Below, one piece after another: positions 8,604-19,560 of a stretch of DNA of 64,000 bases (the first letter of the stretch is position 1; every line of letters starts with the position of its first letter). Under the pieces are notes generated by a model. That model saw only the letters and a program-made list of their open reading frames with translations, was not told where the DNA came from and did no database searches. The DNA lies in NCBI GenBank assembly GCA_965247095.1, contig OZ251997.1:2496001-2560000 (forward strand), in the 5' to 3' direction. The translations under genes were made by a program, and so were the position numbers. Source of the DNA: Candidatus Multivorans sp. Its GTDB lineage: Bacteria; Acidobacteriota; Thermoanaerobaculia; Multivoradales; Multivoraceae.

Positions 8604-10244
8604 CTAGTCCTCCAGCCAGATGTTCACGAAGTTCATCTTGCCGTCCCAGCCCATCAACTGGTCGAGGTTGCGCACCCTCGCGGGCGCCGCGGCATAGGTC
8701 ACTCCGTAGAGCAGCGGCGTGAACCAGGCCTCTCCGAGCACCGTCCGGTTGAGCTCGACGTAGACCTGCTTGCGGGCCTCGTTGTCGTAGAACGAGGCGC
8801 CCAGCTCCACCAGCGCGTCGACGTCCGGGCGCAGCACGTTGCCCGGGTTGTAGTAGCCATCGCTCTTGTAGGCCAGCGACGCCATCCAGTCCGGCTCGGG
8901 ATAGCGGCTCCACGACGTGACGAACATCGGGTACTCCTGGCCGTGGTTGAACCTCTCGGTTGCCGGTCCACTGGACAGGACGTCGATGTTCATCACAATG
9001 CCGATCTTCTTCAGCAGCGCCCGCACGACCTCGGCGCTGGACACGAGCAGGGGGTTGTGGTGGGTGACCGCCGTGAACTCCAAGCCATCCTCGCGGCCGG
9101 CTTTTGCAAGATAGCGGCGGGCCTTGTCGAGGTCGTAGTAGGGGCGCTCGTCATCCGGCTCGTGGACCCAGGAACCCACCGGCCACATGCCCGCGTCGGC
9201 CTCGATGGCCCGGTCGAAGAAGATCGCCCTGTTGATCACGGTCGGATCCACGGCGTGCGCGATCGCCAGCCGGACGTTCACGTCGTCGAGGGGCGGTTTG
9301 TTCACGTTGAACACCAGCGTGAGGGCGATGGCGCCGCCCGGCATCGTTTCCAGTTGAAAGCGCTCGTCACGCTCGAAGGTCGACACGTCCTTGTAGGGGA
9401 GGTAGGTGACGTCGATCTCTCCCGTGCGCAAAGCCGCGGCGCGGACCGTCTCGTCGCGGATCACCCGGATCGTCACCTCGTCGAGATACGGAAGCTGATT
9501 GCCGTGCTCGTCACGGCCCCAGTAGTCCTCGTTCCTCACCAGGTGCACGAGGGTGCCGGTGATCACCTCCTTCACCTTGAACGGGCCGGTCCCGGACGGG
9601 TTCCAGCCGTAGTCGGGGCCGAGCGCCTCGACCGCCGTCGGCGAGCTCATCACGCCGCCCCGGTCGGCCAGCATGCCGAAACCCGCGCCCCACGGCCGCG
9701 CCAGGTCGAACCGCACGGTGTAGTCGTCGATCACTTCGACCGCCTCGATCACCGCCAGCGATGCGCGCGGCGTGGCGATGGTGTCCGGGTCGAGAATGCG
9801 CTCGATGTTGACCTTCACCGCCTCGGCATTGAACGGGGTGCCGTCGTGGAACACGACGCCCTCCCGAAGCTGGAAGGTGATCGAGTCGGGGTCCGTCGCG
9901 ATCTCCCAGGAGGTCGCGAGGGAGGTCTCCGGCCGCGGCGCGAGCTGCGGGTCCGCATCGACCAGTTGATCGAAGAGCTGGCGCCAGAAGTAGGCGTCGG
10001 CGCCCGATCGCCCCAGGACCGCGTCGAGCGAGGTGGGCTCCAGGGAGTGGCCCACGCGCAGGTGGCCGCCGTAGCGTGGGCCGCCGACGGCAGTGCGTTC
10101 GCGCGCCGGCGGTGCGCCGGCCTCCAGGCGGTCGGCTCGGCTCTCGGGCGCGCACCCGACCACTGCGGTGAGGAGCACTGACAGCAGCACCACTGGCCCG
10201 GATACGATCTCCCTGAGCGGTGACAACGGCGGTACAACAGACAT
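8604..10244 (-). CDS. ABC transporter substrate-binding lipoprotein, family 5
   Basis: GGAGG RBS then ATG 10244; lipobox VVGC; LREGVVFHDGTPFNAEAV, GTGPF, NEDYWG. Confidence 0.92.
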   Translation of the reverse strand: MSVVPPLSPLREIVSGPVVLLSVLLTAVVGCAPESRADRLEAGAPPARERTAVGGPRYGGHLRVGHSLEPTSLDAVLGRSGADAYFWRQLFDQLVDADPQLAPRPETSLATSWEIATDPDSITFQLREGVVFHDGTPFNAEAVKVNIERILDPDTIATPRASLAVIEAVEVIDDYTVRFDLARPWGAGFGMLADRGGVMSSPTAVEALGPDYGWNPSGTGPFKVKEVITGTLVHLVRNEDYWGRDEHGNQLPYLDEVTIRVIRDETVRAAALRTGEIDVTYLPYKDVSTFERDERFQLETMPGGAIALTLVFNVNKPPLDDVNVRLAIAHAVDPTVINRAIFFDRAIEADAGMWPVGSWVHEPDDERPYYDLDKARRYLAKAGREDGLEFTAVTHHNPLLVSSAEVVRALLKKIGIVMNIDVLSSGPATERFNHGQEYPMFVTSWSRYPEPDWMASLAYKSDGYYNPGNVLRPDVDALVELGASFYDNEARKQVYVELNRTVLGEAWFTPLLYGVTYAAAPARVRNLDQLMGWDGKMNFVNIWLED

Positions 10245-10300
10245 TCGGTCCTCCAACTCTATGGGGACCAAGGCCATGGAGTTGAGCAGAGGAGCGCCAC

Positions 10301-11875
10301 ATGGGAAAGCAAACGGCACTCCTGGTGCTCGGCACGCTGCTCTGCGTACCCTGCGCCGCGCAGCCGCCCGACCGGTCAGATCAGCTCCTGCTGTTGCCCG
10401 CCGCTGCACCGAATCGGCAAGCGGGCCTCGACGATCGTCCGAACGTCCTGTTCATCGTCGCCGACGATCTGAACGTCGCGCTCGGCGCCTACCTCGCTTC
10501 GGCGCCCTCGCCGCAGTATGCGGGCGCGAAGACCCCGAACCTGGACCGGCTTGCCGCGGAGGGAATTCGCTTCGACCGCGTCTACGTGCAGAACCCGCTC
10601 TGCAACCCGTCGCGGACCTCGTTCCTGAGCGGACTGCGGCCGCCCACGGTGGACGTCTATGACGGCTCGACGCCTCCGCGCCACAAGATCGGAAGTTCTC
10701 TGCGCATGCTGCCGGAGCACTTCCACGATCACGGCTACTTCACGGCGCGCGTGGGCAAGATCGCGCACAACACCTTCGAACATGTGGTGACGTGGGATGT
10801 GTCGGCATTCGCCCTGTCGCGAGAGCCCGACTTCCGCTTTCACCTGCCGGGCTACCTGCCCGGCGTCGACCTGTCCGCCCAACGCGACAACACCTGGACG
10901 GACGGCGCCGAGGACGGCATGTCCCGCGCGGACGTCCTCAGGCCGATCGAGCGGCGCGCAGGCCTGCCCCTGTCATGGCGCGCGACCCGGGAATCGCCGC
11001 GCATGACGCCGGACGGAACCACCGCGACACGCATCGTCCAGTTGATGGCAAGGAACCGGGATAAGCCCTTCTTCATCGCCGCCGGCTTTCACAAGCCCCA
11101 CCAGCCGTGGGTCGGCCCCGTGGAGTTCTTCGAGCAGCACCCCGCCTCTGAGATCCGATTGCCGCCGACGCCGCCGGACGACACCGCCGACCTGCCCGAC
11201 GCGGCGTTCCGACTGCTGCCAGACGACGCCGCCCACACCGAGAGGCAGCACAAGCAGGCCATCGCCGCGTACCACGCGATGGTCACGATGACCGACTCCT
11301 ACGTCGGCCAACTGCTGGAGGCGCTGGAGTTACTCGGTCTCGCCGATTCCACCATCGTCGTGTTCACCAGTGACCACGGCTTTCAGTTGAACGAGCACGG
11401 CGGGCTGTGGCGCAAGACCTATCAGTTCGAGGAATCGACGCGCGTGCCGCTCATCGTCCGGCTCCCGGGCGGCCGGCAAGCCGGTGAGGTCACGGGCGGA
11501 CTCGTGGAACTGGTCGACCTCTACCCGACGCTCGTTGAACTGTGCAACCTGCCGACACCGGCGCATGAGCTCGAAGGCACGAGCTTCCGGCCGCTGCTCG
11601 ACGATACGGAGCTGCCGTGGAAGTCGGCGGCCTTCTCGGAGTCGAAGCGCGAGAGCTTCCACGGCCGCACCCTGCGAACCCAGCGCTACCGGTACACGGA
11701 ATGGACCCCGCTCGAAGCGACGGACGCCGAAACGGAGCGCGAACTCTACGATCTCGAAGAAGACCCCTTCGAGTACGAGAACCTGGCGCTCGATCCGGGG
11801 CGCCGCGCGGTCGTCGAGGAGCTGTCCCGTCAATTGCGCGCGGGCTGGCGAGCGGCGCTACCGGAGTCGATCTGA
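10301..11875 (+). CDS. Secreted sulfatase (iduronate-2-/choline-sulfatase-like)
   Basis: PNVLFIVADDL, CNPSR formylglycine motif, GFHKPH, SDHG; signal peptide. Confidence 0.92.
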   Translation: MGKQTALLVLGTLLCVPCAAQPPDRSDQLLLLPAAAPNRQAGLDDRPNVLFIVADDLNVALGAYLASAPSPQYAGAKTPNLDRLAAEGIRFDRVYVQNPLCNPSRTSFLSGLRPPTVDVYDGSTPPRHKIGSSLRMLPEHFHDHGYFTARVGKIAHNTFEHVVTWDVSAFALSREPDFRFHLPGYLPGVDLSAQRDNTWTDGAEDGMSRADVLRPIERRAGLPLSWRATRESPRMTPDGTTATRIVQLMARNRDKPFFIAAGFHKPHQPWVGPVEFFEQHPASEIRLPPTPPDDTADLPDAAFRLLPDDAAHTERQHKQAIAAYHAMVTMTDSYVGQLLEALELLGLADSTIVVFTSDHGFQLNEHGGLWRKTYQFEESTRVPLIVRLPGGRQAGEVTGGLVELVDLYPTLVELCNLPTPAHELEGTSFRPLLDDTELPWKSAAFSESKRESFHGRTLRTQRYRYTEWTPLEATDAETERELYDLEEDPFEYENLALDPGRRAVVEELSRQLRAGWRAALPESI

Positions 11876-11968
11876 GTCTTCGGCTTCACCACGAGCAGAG
11901 GCACAGCCCGCTCTCCAAGTAGACCGAGGCCTACGCCGCATCTCCGTGGTGTCCGCTCCCGCCGCGCG

Positions 11969-12334
11969 CTATCGGATCTGGCGCACGCGTCCTCGGTCTC
12001 CCCAGGCACGGTCGGCCGTCCACGCGATCCCGTCCACTCGTTCGGCGAGCGCGAGGCACAGCCGATCGGCCAAGGAGAGACCTTCTCTCCGCCTCCAGCG
12101 GCCGGCGGCCCGCTCCGCGTCCTGCTGGGTCACCACTTCGACGGTCAGGCCGTAGCTCAGCAGGAGAGTGCGAGCCAGCAGCCAGTCCCGCCCCGCTCCG
12201 CGAACCTTTTGCGACACCTCCGACCAGTTGGCGGCACCGCAGACGGCACGTTCGTCCATAGCTTTCTCGACCCGTTCGGCACCCTGCTCCCCCTGCAGAT
12301 AGGCCAGGATCGCCGACGCGTCCAGAACGTTCAA
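11969..12334 (-). CDS. vapC: VapC-type PIN-domain toxin
   Basis: VLDASAILA, NWSEV, GLSLADRLCLALA, TADR. Confidence 0.88.
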   Translation of the reverse strand: MNVLDASAILAYLQGEQGAERVEKAMDERAVCGAANWSEVSQKVRGAGRDWLLARTLLLSYGLTVEVVTQQDAERAAGRWRRREGLSLADRLCLALAERVDGIAWTADRAWGDRGRVRQIR

Positions 12335-12576
12335 GCAGCATCCTCCGCGTCGGCTGCGACGCGGCGTTCTGCAAGTAGCTCAGAGACGAGGTCGAGTCCT
12401 GCCAGTTCGGCCCGGACGCGATCGCGGAGTTGCTCGCGTTTCAGCAGAACCAGCCCGTCCGGCGTCTCGAACAAACACAGCACAGTTCCTACGGCCAGTC
12501 CGGCTCTGTCACGAACCGCTGCCGGGATGACGACTCTGCCGCGATCTCCCACCAAGACTGTAGTTGTCCCATCCAT
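12331..12576 (-). CDS. AbrB/MazE-type antitoxin
   Basis: GDRGRVVIPAAVRDRAGL motif; 4-nt overlap with the PIN gene. Confidence 0.85.
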   Translation of the reverse strand: MDGTTTVLVGDRGRVVIPAAVRDRAGLAVGTVLCLFETPDGLVLLKREQLRDRVRAELAGLDLVSELLAERRVAADAEDAA

Positions 12577-12702
12577 AGTGGATGTGTACCACATCAGTCG
12601 CGCCCACGGGAACACGGGCGGAAAGTACCGTGGCCTTTGGCCACGCCACGGTCTGCGGTGACCAGCCGCAGCTACTTCCGGGCGGCGCGCCGGAGGGCGA
12701 CG

Positions 12703-15420
12703 CTAGAAACGGATTCCGACCACCACCCGGAACTCTCGGGGCACCTGGTAGGAGACGCGTCCGGGGAACGGCCGGGCGTTGAACGGATTGACGATGATCT
12801 GTTCCTGCTCGTCGGTGGCGTTCGCAAGTTCAGCTCGCAACTGTCCTTCCACGCGACCACCCAGCGGGAAGTCCCAGGAAGCAGTCAGGTGGACGTTCAT
12901 CGTGTCCTCGAGTTCGTTGGAACCCCGCGGCGCGCGATAGGTCTCGGTGAGGATCCTCTGCCCGCTCACCGGATGAGCCACCGTGGCCCGGCCGACACGG
13001 GTCCAGGGACGGCCCGAGCGGAACCAGCCGGTCAAGCCGATGCTCAGCCTGTGGCGCCCCAACTCCCAGTGCTTGAGCGCCATCACGTTCAGATTGTGGG
13101 TGCGGTCGGACGAAGTCGGGCCGAAGCGGTTGACCGCGGTGCTATCCGTCCGACCGGTCACCACGTCGACCCCTCCCCTTCCCTCGAGGAAGGTGTCGGC
13201 GTCCGTCGTGTCGTTGTTCGTGATGTTTCCGGCGGCGTTGCCCTCGGCCTTCGAGAGGGTGTAGTTGGACCTCAGGGTCCAGTTTCCCCGGTAGCGCCGG
13301 TTGAACTCGAACTGCAGCCCCTGGTACTCGCGCTTGCCCTCGTCGTAGTTGCGGATCGCGTTGAAGGGGATGCCGTTCTCGTCGAACTGCTCGTTGCCCC
13401 AGTACATGTCTCCGAGGACCCAGAAAATGGCGCGCGCCTTGAAGGCCCAGAGGTCGCCGATCTGACGTTCGACCGCGAAGGTGATCTCGTCCTTGTAGTA
13501 GGCGTCGAAGGGCTGAATCGGCGTGCGGTTGGAGGGAATCGCGGTGAACTGCAAGCGGTCGTAGAGCTGGGTCCCCCGGTTGTAGGCGTACTGGTGAAAG
13601 GCATTGGCGCCGTTCGGCAGCCGCGACATGAAGCCGTTGACGATGTGTGTACCAATGAGCTGATACGTGCGCCCGAGGGTACCCTTGAGCAGGGTTCTGC
13701 CATTGCCTCCGATGTCGTAGATCGCGGCCAGACGCGGCGCCATGTCGCTCGGTGAGGTGGCCTCCTCGCCGACATCGTTGGCGTGATCCTGAGCGTCCAG
13801 TCGAAGCCCCACGTTGAACGTCCAATTGTCACCGGCCGTGATCCGATCTTGAGCGAAGATCGCCAGGTTGTCGCTGGTGGAGGCCACCGGCGCGTCTGGT
13901 GGAATGAAGACGCGCTTGCGCACCGGCACCATGAAACCGCCCGGGAGGTTCTCGTCGTAGCCGCGGCCCTGATAGCGAGTGGGTGGGGTGTTGAAGCTCT
14001 CGAACTCGATATCCTGGTAGTCGACCCCGAACTTGAACTCGTGGTCGCCGCGGAACAAGCTGAGGGCGATGTTGCCCTGCTGCCGCGGAAAGGCGTTGTA
14101 GCCGGTGCCGGCGCCCAGGTACACCGAGTTGTACTTGAGGCCGTTCGCCAGATCCCAGAACGCGCCGCCGCTGCCCGCCGGACTGTCGGGGTTCGCGTTG
14201 GGATCGATCGGCCGTTGATTGAGCTGGTTGCGGACGATCTCCGACTCGTAGTCGGCCACCTTGACCTCGAGAAAGGCATTCGACGAGAGCGCCCAGTTCC
14301 AGGCGCCCTGAGTGAGGATCTCAGTGAGGTCAAAGGCGCCGGGAGTCCAGAGGTCGGCGGCGTTGGCCGCCCAGGTGACCTTGGACACGCTGCCATCGGC
14401 ATAGAGGAGAGAGAACTGGTGGTCCTGGGTCGGTTGGAAGTTGAATTTGCCGACAAGCGGCTCGCCCCGCAGGCTGTTGTCGAGTACGGCGCCGCCGCGG
14501 AAGGCGTCGATTTCGTTGGAGTTCGTCTCGGCGGCGGCGACGAAGAACCACGCCTTATCGCGGACGATTGGACCGCCTATGGCGAGTTCGTAGCTGCTCG
14601 TGTCGTCGCTCGAGCGCGGTAGCGGAACGGCGTCCGACTGGGCGCGCCAACTCTGGCGCTGCAGAAGGTAGAGCAGGTCGCCGTGGAACTTGTTCGTGCC
14701 GGTCTTGACCACGGCGTTGGTGACGCCGCCGATCACTCGCCCGTACTCCGCCGGCGCTCCGGCAGACTCCAGGCGAACCGAGGCCAGTGCAGTGGTGGGC
14801 AGGAACAGGCGGGAGCTGCCGCCGCGGCGGTTGAACGAGGTGTCGACGCCATCGACGAAGCCCGCGGTCTCGCTCCACAAACCACCGTTGACGGTCGGTG
14901 TGTGATCGCCGAGAGCCTGCGAGCGGGCGTCGCTGGTCACTCCGGGCAGCAGCATGACTGCCGACTGGTAGTTCCGCTTCCCGAAGCTCAGATTCTCCGC
15001 CACCTCGGCTTCGAGGGTCGAGGCCGCCCCCACCTCGTACTTGTCGACCAGCGGCGCCTCGGAGATCACGGTGATGGTCTCCTCGGTGATGGCGGCGAGC
15101 TGGAGGTTTCTCTGCAAGCGAGTACCCGCTTCGAGAGGCGCTGCCGCCGGCTGCGACCGCATCCCCTCCATGGCCGCCTGCACGGTGTAGCCGCCGGGCA
15201 CCAGCAGGCCGAAGCGATACTCACCCTCGGCGCCGGTGGCGACCGTCTTGGCGCCCCGTTCGCTCTGGAGAGTGACGGTAACTCCGGGGAGCGGCGTTCC
15301 CGATGGGTCGGTGACGACGCCTTCGACCGTACCGGTCTGGGGCGCGTCGGCATGAGCGCTCACGGCGATCAGCGCCCCCATGACCATGCAGATGACGATT
15401 GGGACAGACACTGGTCGCAT
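12703..15420 (-). CDS. TonB-dependent receptor with N-terminal carboxypeptidase-regulatory-like domain (Oar type)
   Basis: Signal peptide; GTVEGVVTDPSGTPLPGVTV; KTGTNKFHG; C-terminal GIRF; GGAGG RBS before ATG 15420. Confidence 0.9.
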   Translation of the reverse strand: MRPVSVPIVICMVMGALIAVSAHADAPQTGTVEGVVTDPSGTPLPGVTVTLQSERGAKTVATGAEGEYRFGLLVPGGYTVQAAMEGMRSQPAAAPLEAGTRLQRNLQLAAITEETITVISEAPLVDKYEVGAASTLEAEVAENLSFGKRNYQSAVMLLPGVTSDARSQALGDHTPTVNGGLWSETAGFVDGVDTSFNRRGGSSRLFLPTTALASVRLESAGAPAEYGRVIGGVTNAVVKTGTNKFHGDLLYLLQRQSWRAQSDAVPLPRSSDDTSSYELAIGGPIVRDKAWFFVAAAETNSNEIDAFRGGAVLDNSLRGEPLVGKFNFQPTQDHQFSLLYADGSVSKVTWAANAADLWTPGAFDLTEILTQGAWNWALSSNAFLEVKVADYESEIVRNQLNQRPIDPNANPDSPAGSGGAFWDLANGLKYNSVYLGAGTGYNAFPRQQGNIALSLFRGDHEFKFGVDYQDIEFESFNTPPTRYQGRGYDENLPGGFMVPVRKRVFIPPDAPVASTSDNLAIFAQDRITAGDNWTFNVGLRLDAQDHANDVGEEATSPSDMAPRLAAIYDIGGNGRTLLKGTLGRTYQLIGTHIVNGFMSRLPNGANAFHQYAYNRGTQLYDRLQFTAIPSNRTPIQPFDAYYKDEITFAVERQIGDLWAFKARAIFWVLGDMYWGNEQFDENGIPFNAIRNYDEGKREYQGLQFEFNRRYRGNWTLRSNYTLSKAEGNAAGNITNNDTTDADTFLEGRGGVDVVTGRTDSTAVNRFGPTSSDRTHNLNVMALKHWELGRHRLSIGLTGWFRSGRPWTRVGRATVAHPVSGQRILTETYRAPRGSNELEDTMNVHLTASWDFPLGGRVEGQLRAELANATDEQEQIIVNPFNARPFPGRVSYQVPREFRVVVGIRF

Positions 15421-15661
15421 CTCGAACCTCCTTTGTGGGTGAAACCGGCGCCCAGGCAACCGCTCGGACTGATTGGGACCTGGACTCGTAGTGTAGCGGG
15501 ACTTACTCTAACCCTGTTTGAACATCCAGCGCTTTGTACGCCCAGCCTCACCGCTGAGCAGGCGGGCGGCCGAGGTGGCGCGTTCGTGACGGCTGGAGCA
15601 ACATCAGCGAACGATACTGTCGCTACCAGGGATCCATACGATCAACAACGCTGCGCTCGTC

Positions 15662-16921
15662 GTGATGGGCCCGCAGGAGGGATTTGGAGCAATGCGCGGA
15701 TCCGCGAGTACGCCGTTGGTTGCAACTACCGGGGACGAGGTGCTGGCCGCGTTGCGGGCCTACGACACCGCGACGAGGGCCGGGGACGTCGATGGGCAGG
15801 TGGCCTTCTTCTCGGAAAGCTGGCGGAGTAGCTCCGGCACGACGAAGGCCGATCTGCGGGAGCACCTGCAGAAGCAGGTCGACCGGGGCGGCGATGAGGA
15901 CAAGCGTCTTGTCCTGGACGACGCCAAGGTGGCTGTCGAGGGAGACTCGGCGAGCGTCGACCCCGTGGCGCTTCGTTCGCCGACCGGGGGCAGCTTCTTC
16001 GAATTCAAGATGACGAGGGCGCCGGACGGCGTCTGGCGATGCGACGGCGAATGGAAGTACGTGGGCGACCTGTTCTCCCATGGAGTCGAGGGCGTATCGC
16101 TGGACGAAGACGTGTCGTGTCCCGACCTCTTCAAGCTGGGCGGCAAGGACGTGCTTCTCTGCATCAGTCACCGGATCGGCTGCCGCTACTACGTCGGTGA
16201 ATGGAGAGACGAGCAGTTCCATCCCGAGTCTCACGCCCAGATGAGCTGGGTCGACAACTCGTTCTTCGCCCCGGAGAGCCTGGTGGACGACAAGGGCCGC
16301 CACATCATGTGGGCCTGGATCCTCGACGAGCCCCTGTTCGGCGCACGCACGAAGTACGGCTGGTCGGGCACGTTGAGCCTGCCGCGGGTGTTGTCGCTCG
16401 GGGATGACGGGCGGCTCCGCATGGACGTCCCCGAGGAGATCGAAGCGCTGCGCTATGGCGGGGTGCGGAAGGGGCCGCTGACGGTGCCGTCCGGCGAGGA
16501 ACTGGCCGTGGAAGGCGTTGCCGGCAACAGCCTCGAGCTGCTCATCGAAATGGAGAGCGCCGAGGCGTCACGGTTCGGCGTCAAGGTGTGCGCGTCGCCG
16601 GACGGCGAGGAGGAGACCAAGGTCTTCTACGACGCCGAAGAGAAGCTCCTGAAAGTCGACACGCGCAAATCAGGTCCCCAAGACACGCCGAAGGCCGTCG
16701 AGGCTGCGCCCTTCAAACTCAAGGACGGCGAGTGGTTGAAGTTGAGGGTCTTCGTCGACAAGTCCGTGGTCGAAGTCTTCGCCAACAGCCGCCAGGCCAT
16801 CGCGCGGCGCATCTATCCGTCGCGTCAGGACAGTGTGGGTGTGCGTCTGTTCTCAAGCGGCGGTGATGCCCAGGTGCACTCGCTCGAAGGCTGGAGGATC
16901 ACGCCTTCAAGGGCCTACTGA
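15662..16921 (+). CDS. Chimeric NTF2/SnoaL-like domain + partial GH32 glycoside hydrolase
   Basis: GH32 motifs SCPDLF, FFAPES, WSGTLSLPR, LRVFVDKSVVEVF; the N-terminal GH32 half is missing; start uncertain. Confidence 0.7.
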   Translation: MMGPQEGFGAMRGSASTPLVATTGDEVLAALRAYDTATRAGDVDGQVAFFSESWRSSSGTTKADLREHLQKQVDRGGDEDKRLVLDDAKVAVEGDSASVDPVALRSPTGGSFFEFKMTRAPDGVWRCDGEWKYVGDLFSHGVEGVSLDEDVSCPDLFKLGGKDVLLCISHRIGCRYYVGEWRDEQFHPESHAQMSWVDNSFFAPESLVDDKGRHIMWAWILDEPLFGARTKYGWSGTLSLPRVLSLGDDGRLRMDVPEEIEALRYGGVRKGPLTVPSGEELAVEGVAGNSLELLIEMESAEASRFGVKVCASPDGEEETKVFYDAEEKLLKVDTRKSGPQDTPKAVEAAPFKLKDGEWLKLRVFVDKSVVEVFANSRQAIARRIYPSRQDSVGVRLFSSGGDAQVHSLEGWRITPSRAY

Positions 16922-17177
16922 CCCGTCGCGACTCACTGGGTACGCGGATGTCTCCGTCGGCTTCTGTGAGAGCCGCGCGAGGTCGAAGGCCTCGCCCCTT
17001 CGGGGCCTGTGGAGGACGCAGGATGAACTGCCCTCAGTCTTGCTGCGCCGAGACCGGCATCGTCCCCTCAGCTTCCTTCGACTTCCCGGCCGAACACTGG
17101 CGAAACCACTGCGCACGACCAACACGCGCTCGAATCGAGCTTCGCTACGGTTCGTCTGCTGTGCCCAACCCCACTCG

Positions 17178-18020
17178 CTACCGGAGTCGGAAACTGAGCG
17201 TCTCGATCCAGTAGGACGCGACAGGTTCACCGTGCCGTCTTGCCGGTTCGAATGTCCACTGTCTAACCGCAGCGACAGCTTGTTCGGTGAGTCCATGGGA
17301 TAGGCCCTTCATCACTTCGTCGACAACTACCTCGCCAGTCTCGCTGATCACGAGCTTGAGTATCACGACACCTTGAATCCAAGCCTTCTTGGCTTGGTCT
17401 GTGTACTCCGGCAGGACCCGCACGATGGCCTTCGGCGGGATCCCTTCGTCCGTAACTTCGCGCGCCACCCAGATCGGGGCGGCCGCTGGAAGCTCAGTCT
17501 CGTTCACCCAATCGGCCTGGGCGCTGGAATCACAGCGTTCACGCACAGCCGGGCTGATGTCCTCAACATAGAACCTAGCGCTCAACGAGGCTCCGTTCCG
17601 GTTCTCGCCGAACAGGGCAATGTGCGAGTGTCCTTCAATACGCGCCAGAAGCGCCTCTGCATCCCCGATTTCCAGCACGAAGCCCCGGTCACTCCCGCGG
17701 GCAGCGGCCGTGATGCGAGGACCGCCGCGCACCTCGTAGTGCAGGGGACTATCCCCCAGAGCGACAGGCTGTCTCCAATCGACGTGTGCTGTTACTGGTT
17801 TCCCCTTGCGACAGCGGACCACAAACAGCGGGTCGTTGGACTCGGCTGAGCCCCGCTCGTGCCAATGGCCATGTGAAATCAGGTCGATTCCGGTTGGGTC
17901 GCCCCAAATGTCGAGCGCATAGGTGGCCTCCCACTTCTCGGCGACGCCCTGGGCTTCGACCATCTCGGCGCAGACGAGGCAGGACAGGGCCGCGGTGACC
18001 GTAGCGATCCGTTTCTTCAT
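17178..18020 (-). CDS. Secreted protein with C-terminal TonB energy-transducer domain
   Basis: PEYTDQAKKAWIQGVVIL...AVAAVRQWTFEPA; N-terminal signal. Confidence 0.85.
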   Translation of the reverse strand: MKKRIATVTAALSCLVCAEMVEAQGVAEKWEATYALDIWGDPTGIDLISHGHWHERGSAESNDPLFVVRCRKGKPVTAHVDWRQPVALGDSPLHYEVRGGPRITAAARGSDRGFVLEIGDAEALLARIEGHSHIALFGENRNGASLSARFYVEDISPAVRERCDSSAQADWVNETELPAAAPIWVAREVTDEGIPPKAIVRVLPEYTDQAKKAWIQGVVILKLVISETGEVVVDEVMKGLSHGLTEQAVAAVRQWTFEPARRHGEPVASYWIETLSFRLR

Positions 18021-18244
18021 GCCAGCCCCTTTCACTCAGGTGCCCGGTGTCGGATTGGTGCCAGGCCGTTTTGTCAGGCAGCCTGCGCGCTGCAGTCGCT
18101 CCCGCCCACTCGCCACCGGGTACGAGAGCATCCCTCCTGCCATGACTCTAGACCATTCGGCCACTGGAGTTGGATGACGCTGGATGCCCAGAGCGCGTTG
18201 ATCGCTTCCTACCTGCCGAGCGGCGCTCCCGGGTGAGGGAGCGC

Positions 18245-19560
18245 ATGGGTGAAGAGATCGCCGCGCTCGCGGCGCGGATCGACGCGGCGATCTACGAGTT
18301 GCTCGTTCTGATTCGCAAGTCTGATGAACAGGAAGGTTGGAACTGCGATCTTCTCAGTTGCGCGCACTGGCTCACCTGGCGAATCGGTTTCGCGCCCAGC
18401 GCAGCCCGCGAACGAGTGCGGGTGGCCCAGGCCCTGGGCGACCTGCCGCTGATGAGTGAGGCGATGAAGCGCGGCCAGCTCTCCGACTCAACGTGAGAGC
18501 ATTGACCCGCATCGCGCGGCCCGATACCGAGAAATCGCTGGTGGACCTCGGCAAAGCCGGGACCGCCGCGCACGCAGAGCGGGTCGTCAGGGAGTGGCGG
18601 CGGATCGACCGGACACTCGAGGCGAGCGACGACGAGTTGCGCGACGCGTCGAGCCACGTGGGGAATCCAGATCGACGAGAACGCCATGTTCGTGATTCGC
18701 GGACGCCTGGCACCGGAAGCGGGCGAGGCGTTGATGAAGGCGCTCAAGGCCGCGAGCGACACGCTCTATGCCGAGCAGGCGAAGGACCGGCCGCCAGTCG
18801 GCAAGGTGCGCGCCGACGCTCTCGCCGTCGTTGCCGAGAGCGCACTCAAGGGCGGTCTCGATCCGGGATCGAGCGGCGACCGGTATCAGGTCGTCGTTCA
18901 TGTGAACGACGAAGAACTGAGGGCCGGGAAGAACGAGCCGGCGGTTGAACGGGCGCCCCTCACGTTCTTGTTTCCGCGGAAGCAGCCCGCCGCATCGCCT
19001 GCGACGCCGGCAAGGTCTGCATGAGTCACCGTTCCGGCCAGATTCTCAGCGTTGGCCGTAAGACCCGCACCATTCCACCGCCGATCCGGCGCGCACTCGA
19101 GTTCCGCGACCGGGGTTGTCGCTTTCCCGGTTGCACCTCACAGCACTGCGACGCGCACCACATCGTCCACTGGGCCGACGGCGGCGAAACGAAGCTCTCG
19201 AACCTTGTGCTCCTCTGCCGCCGACACCACCGCCTCCTCCTCCATGAAGGGGACTTCCGTATCCGGATGAACGAGGATGGCGCCGTGCAGTTCCTCCATC
19301 CGCGCGGACGGCCGCTGGAGCAGAGTCCGGCGCCACCACCAGTGGGCCTCGACGCGGCCCGGGAGATGGTCGAACACTTGGAGGATGCCGGCATCCTGAT
19401 CACCGGCAAGGAGTCGATGCCGGCCTGGGACGGCCGGCCCATGGACTTGCCCTACGTCCTGGAATGCCTGTGGCCCCCGCCGCCTCACCTGGAGGCCCTG
19501 GTTGCCCGGGAGCGAACTGGCGGCCGCTCCCATCCGTCACAAAGCCCGCCGGCCGCCTAG
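18245..19560 (+). pseudogene. DUF222/HNH endonuclease gene, multiply frameshifted
   Basis: Fragments SCAHWLTWRIG, RGRLAPEAG, YQVVVHV and RDRGCRFPGC..DAHHIVHW..NLVLLCRRHH spread over four ORFs. Confidence 0.85.

Noticed and set aside
18245-19560. HNH gene as an IscB/Cas9-like RNA-guided nuclease
   Set aside because: No RuvC or PLMP motifs; the architecture is DUF222-HNH and the gene is broken
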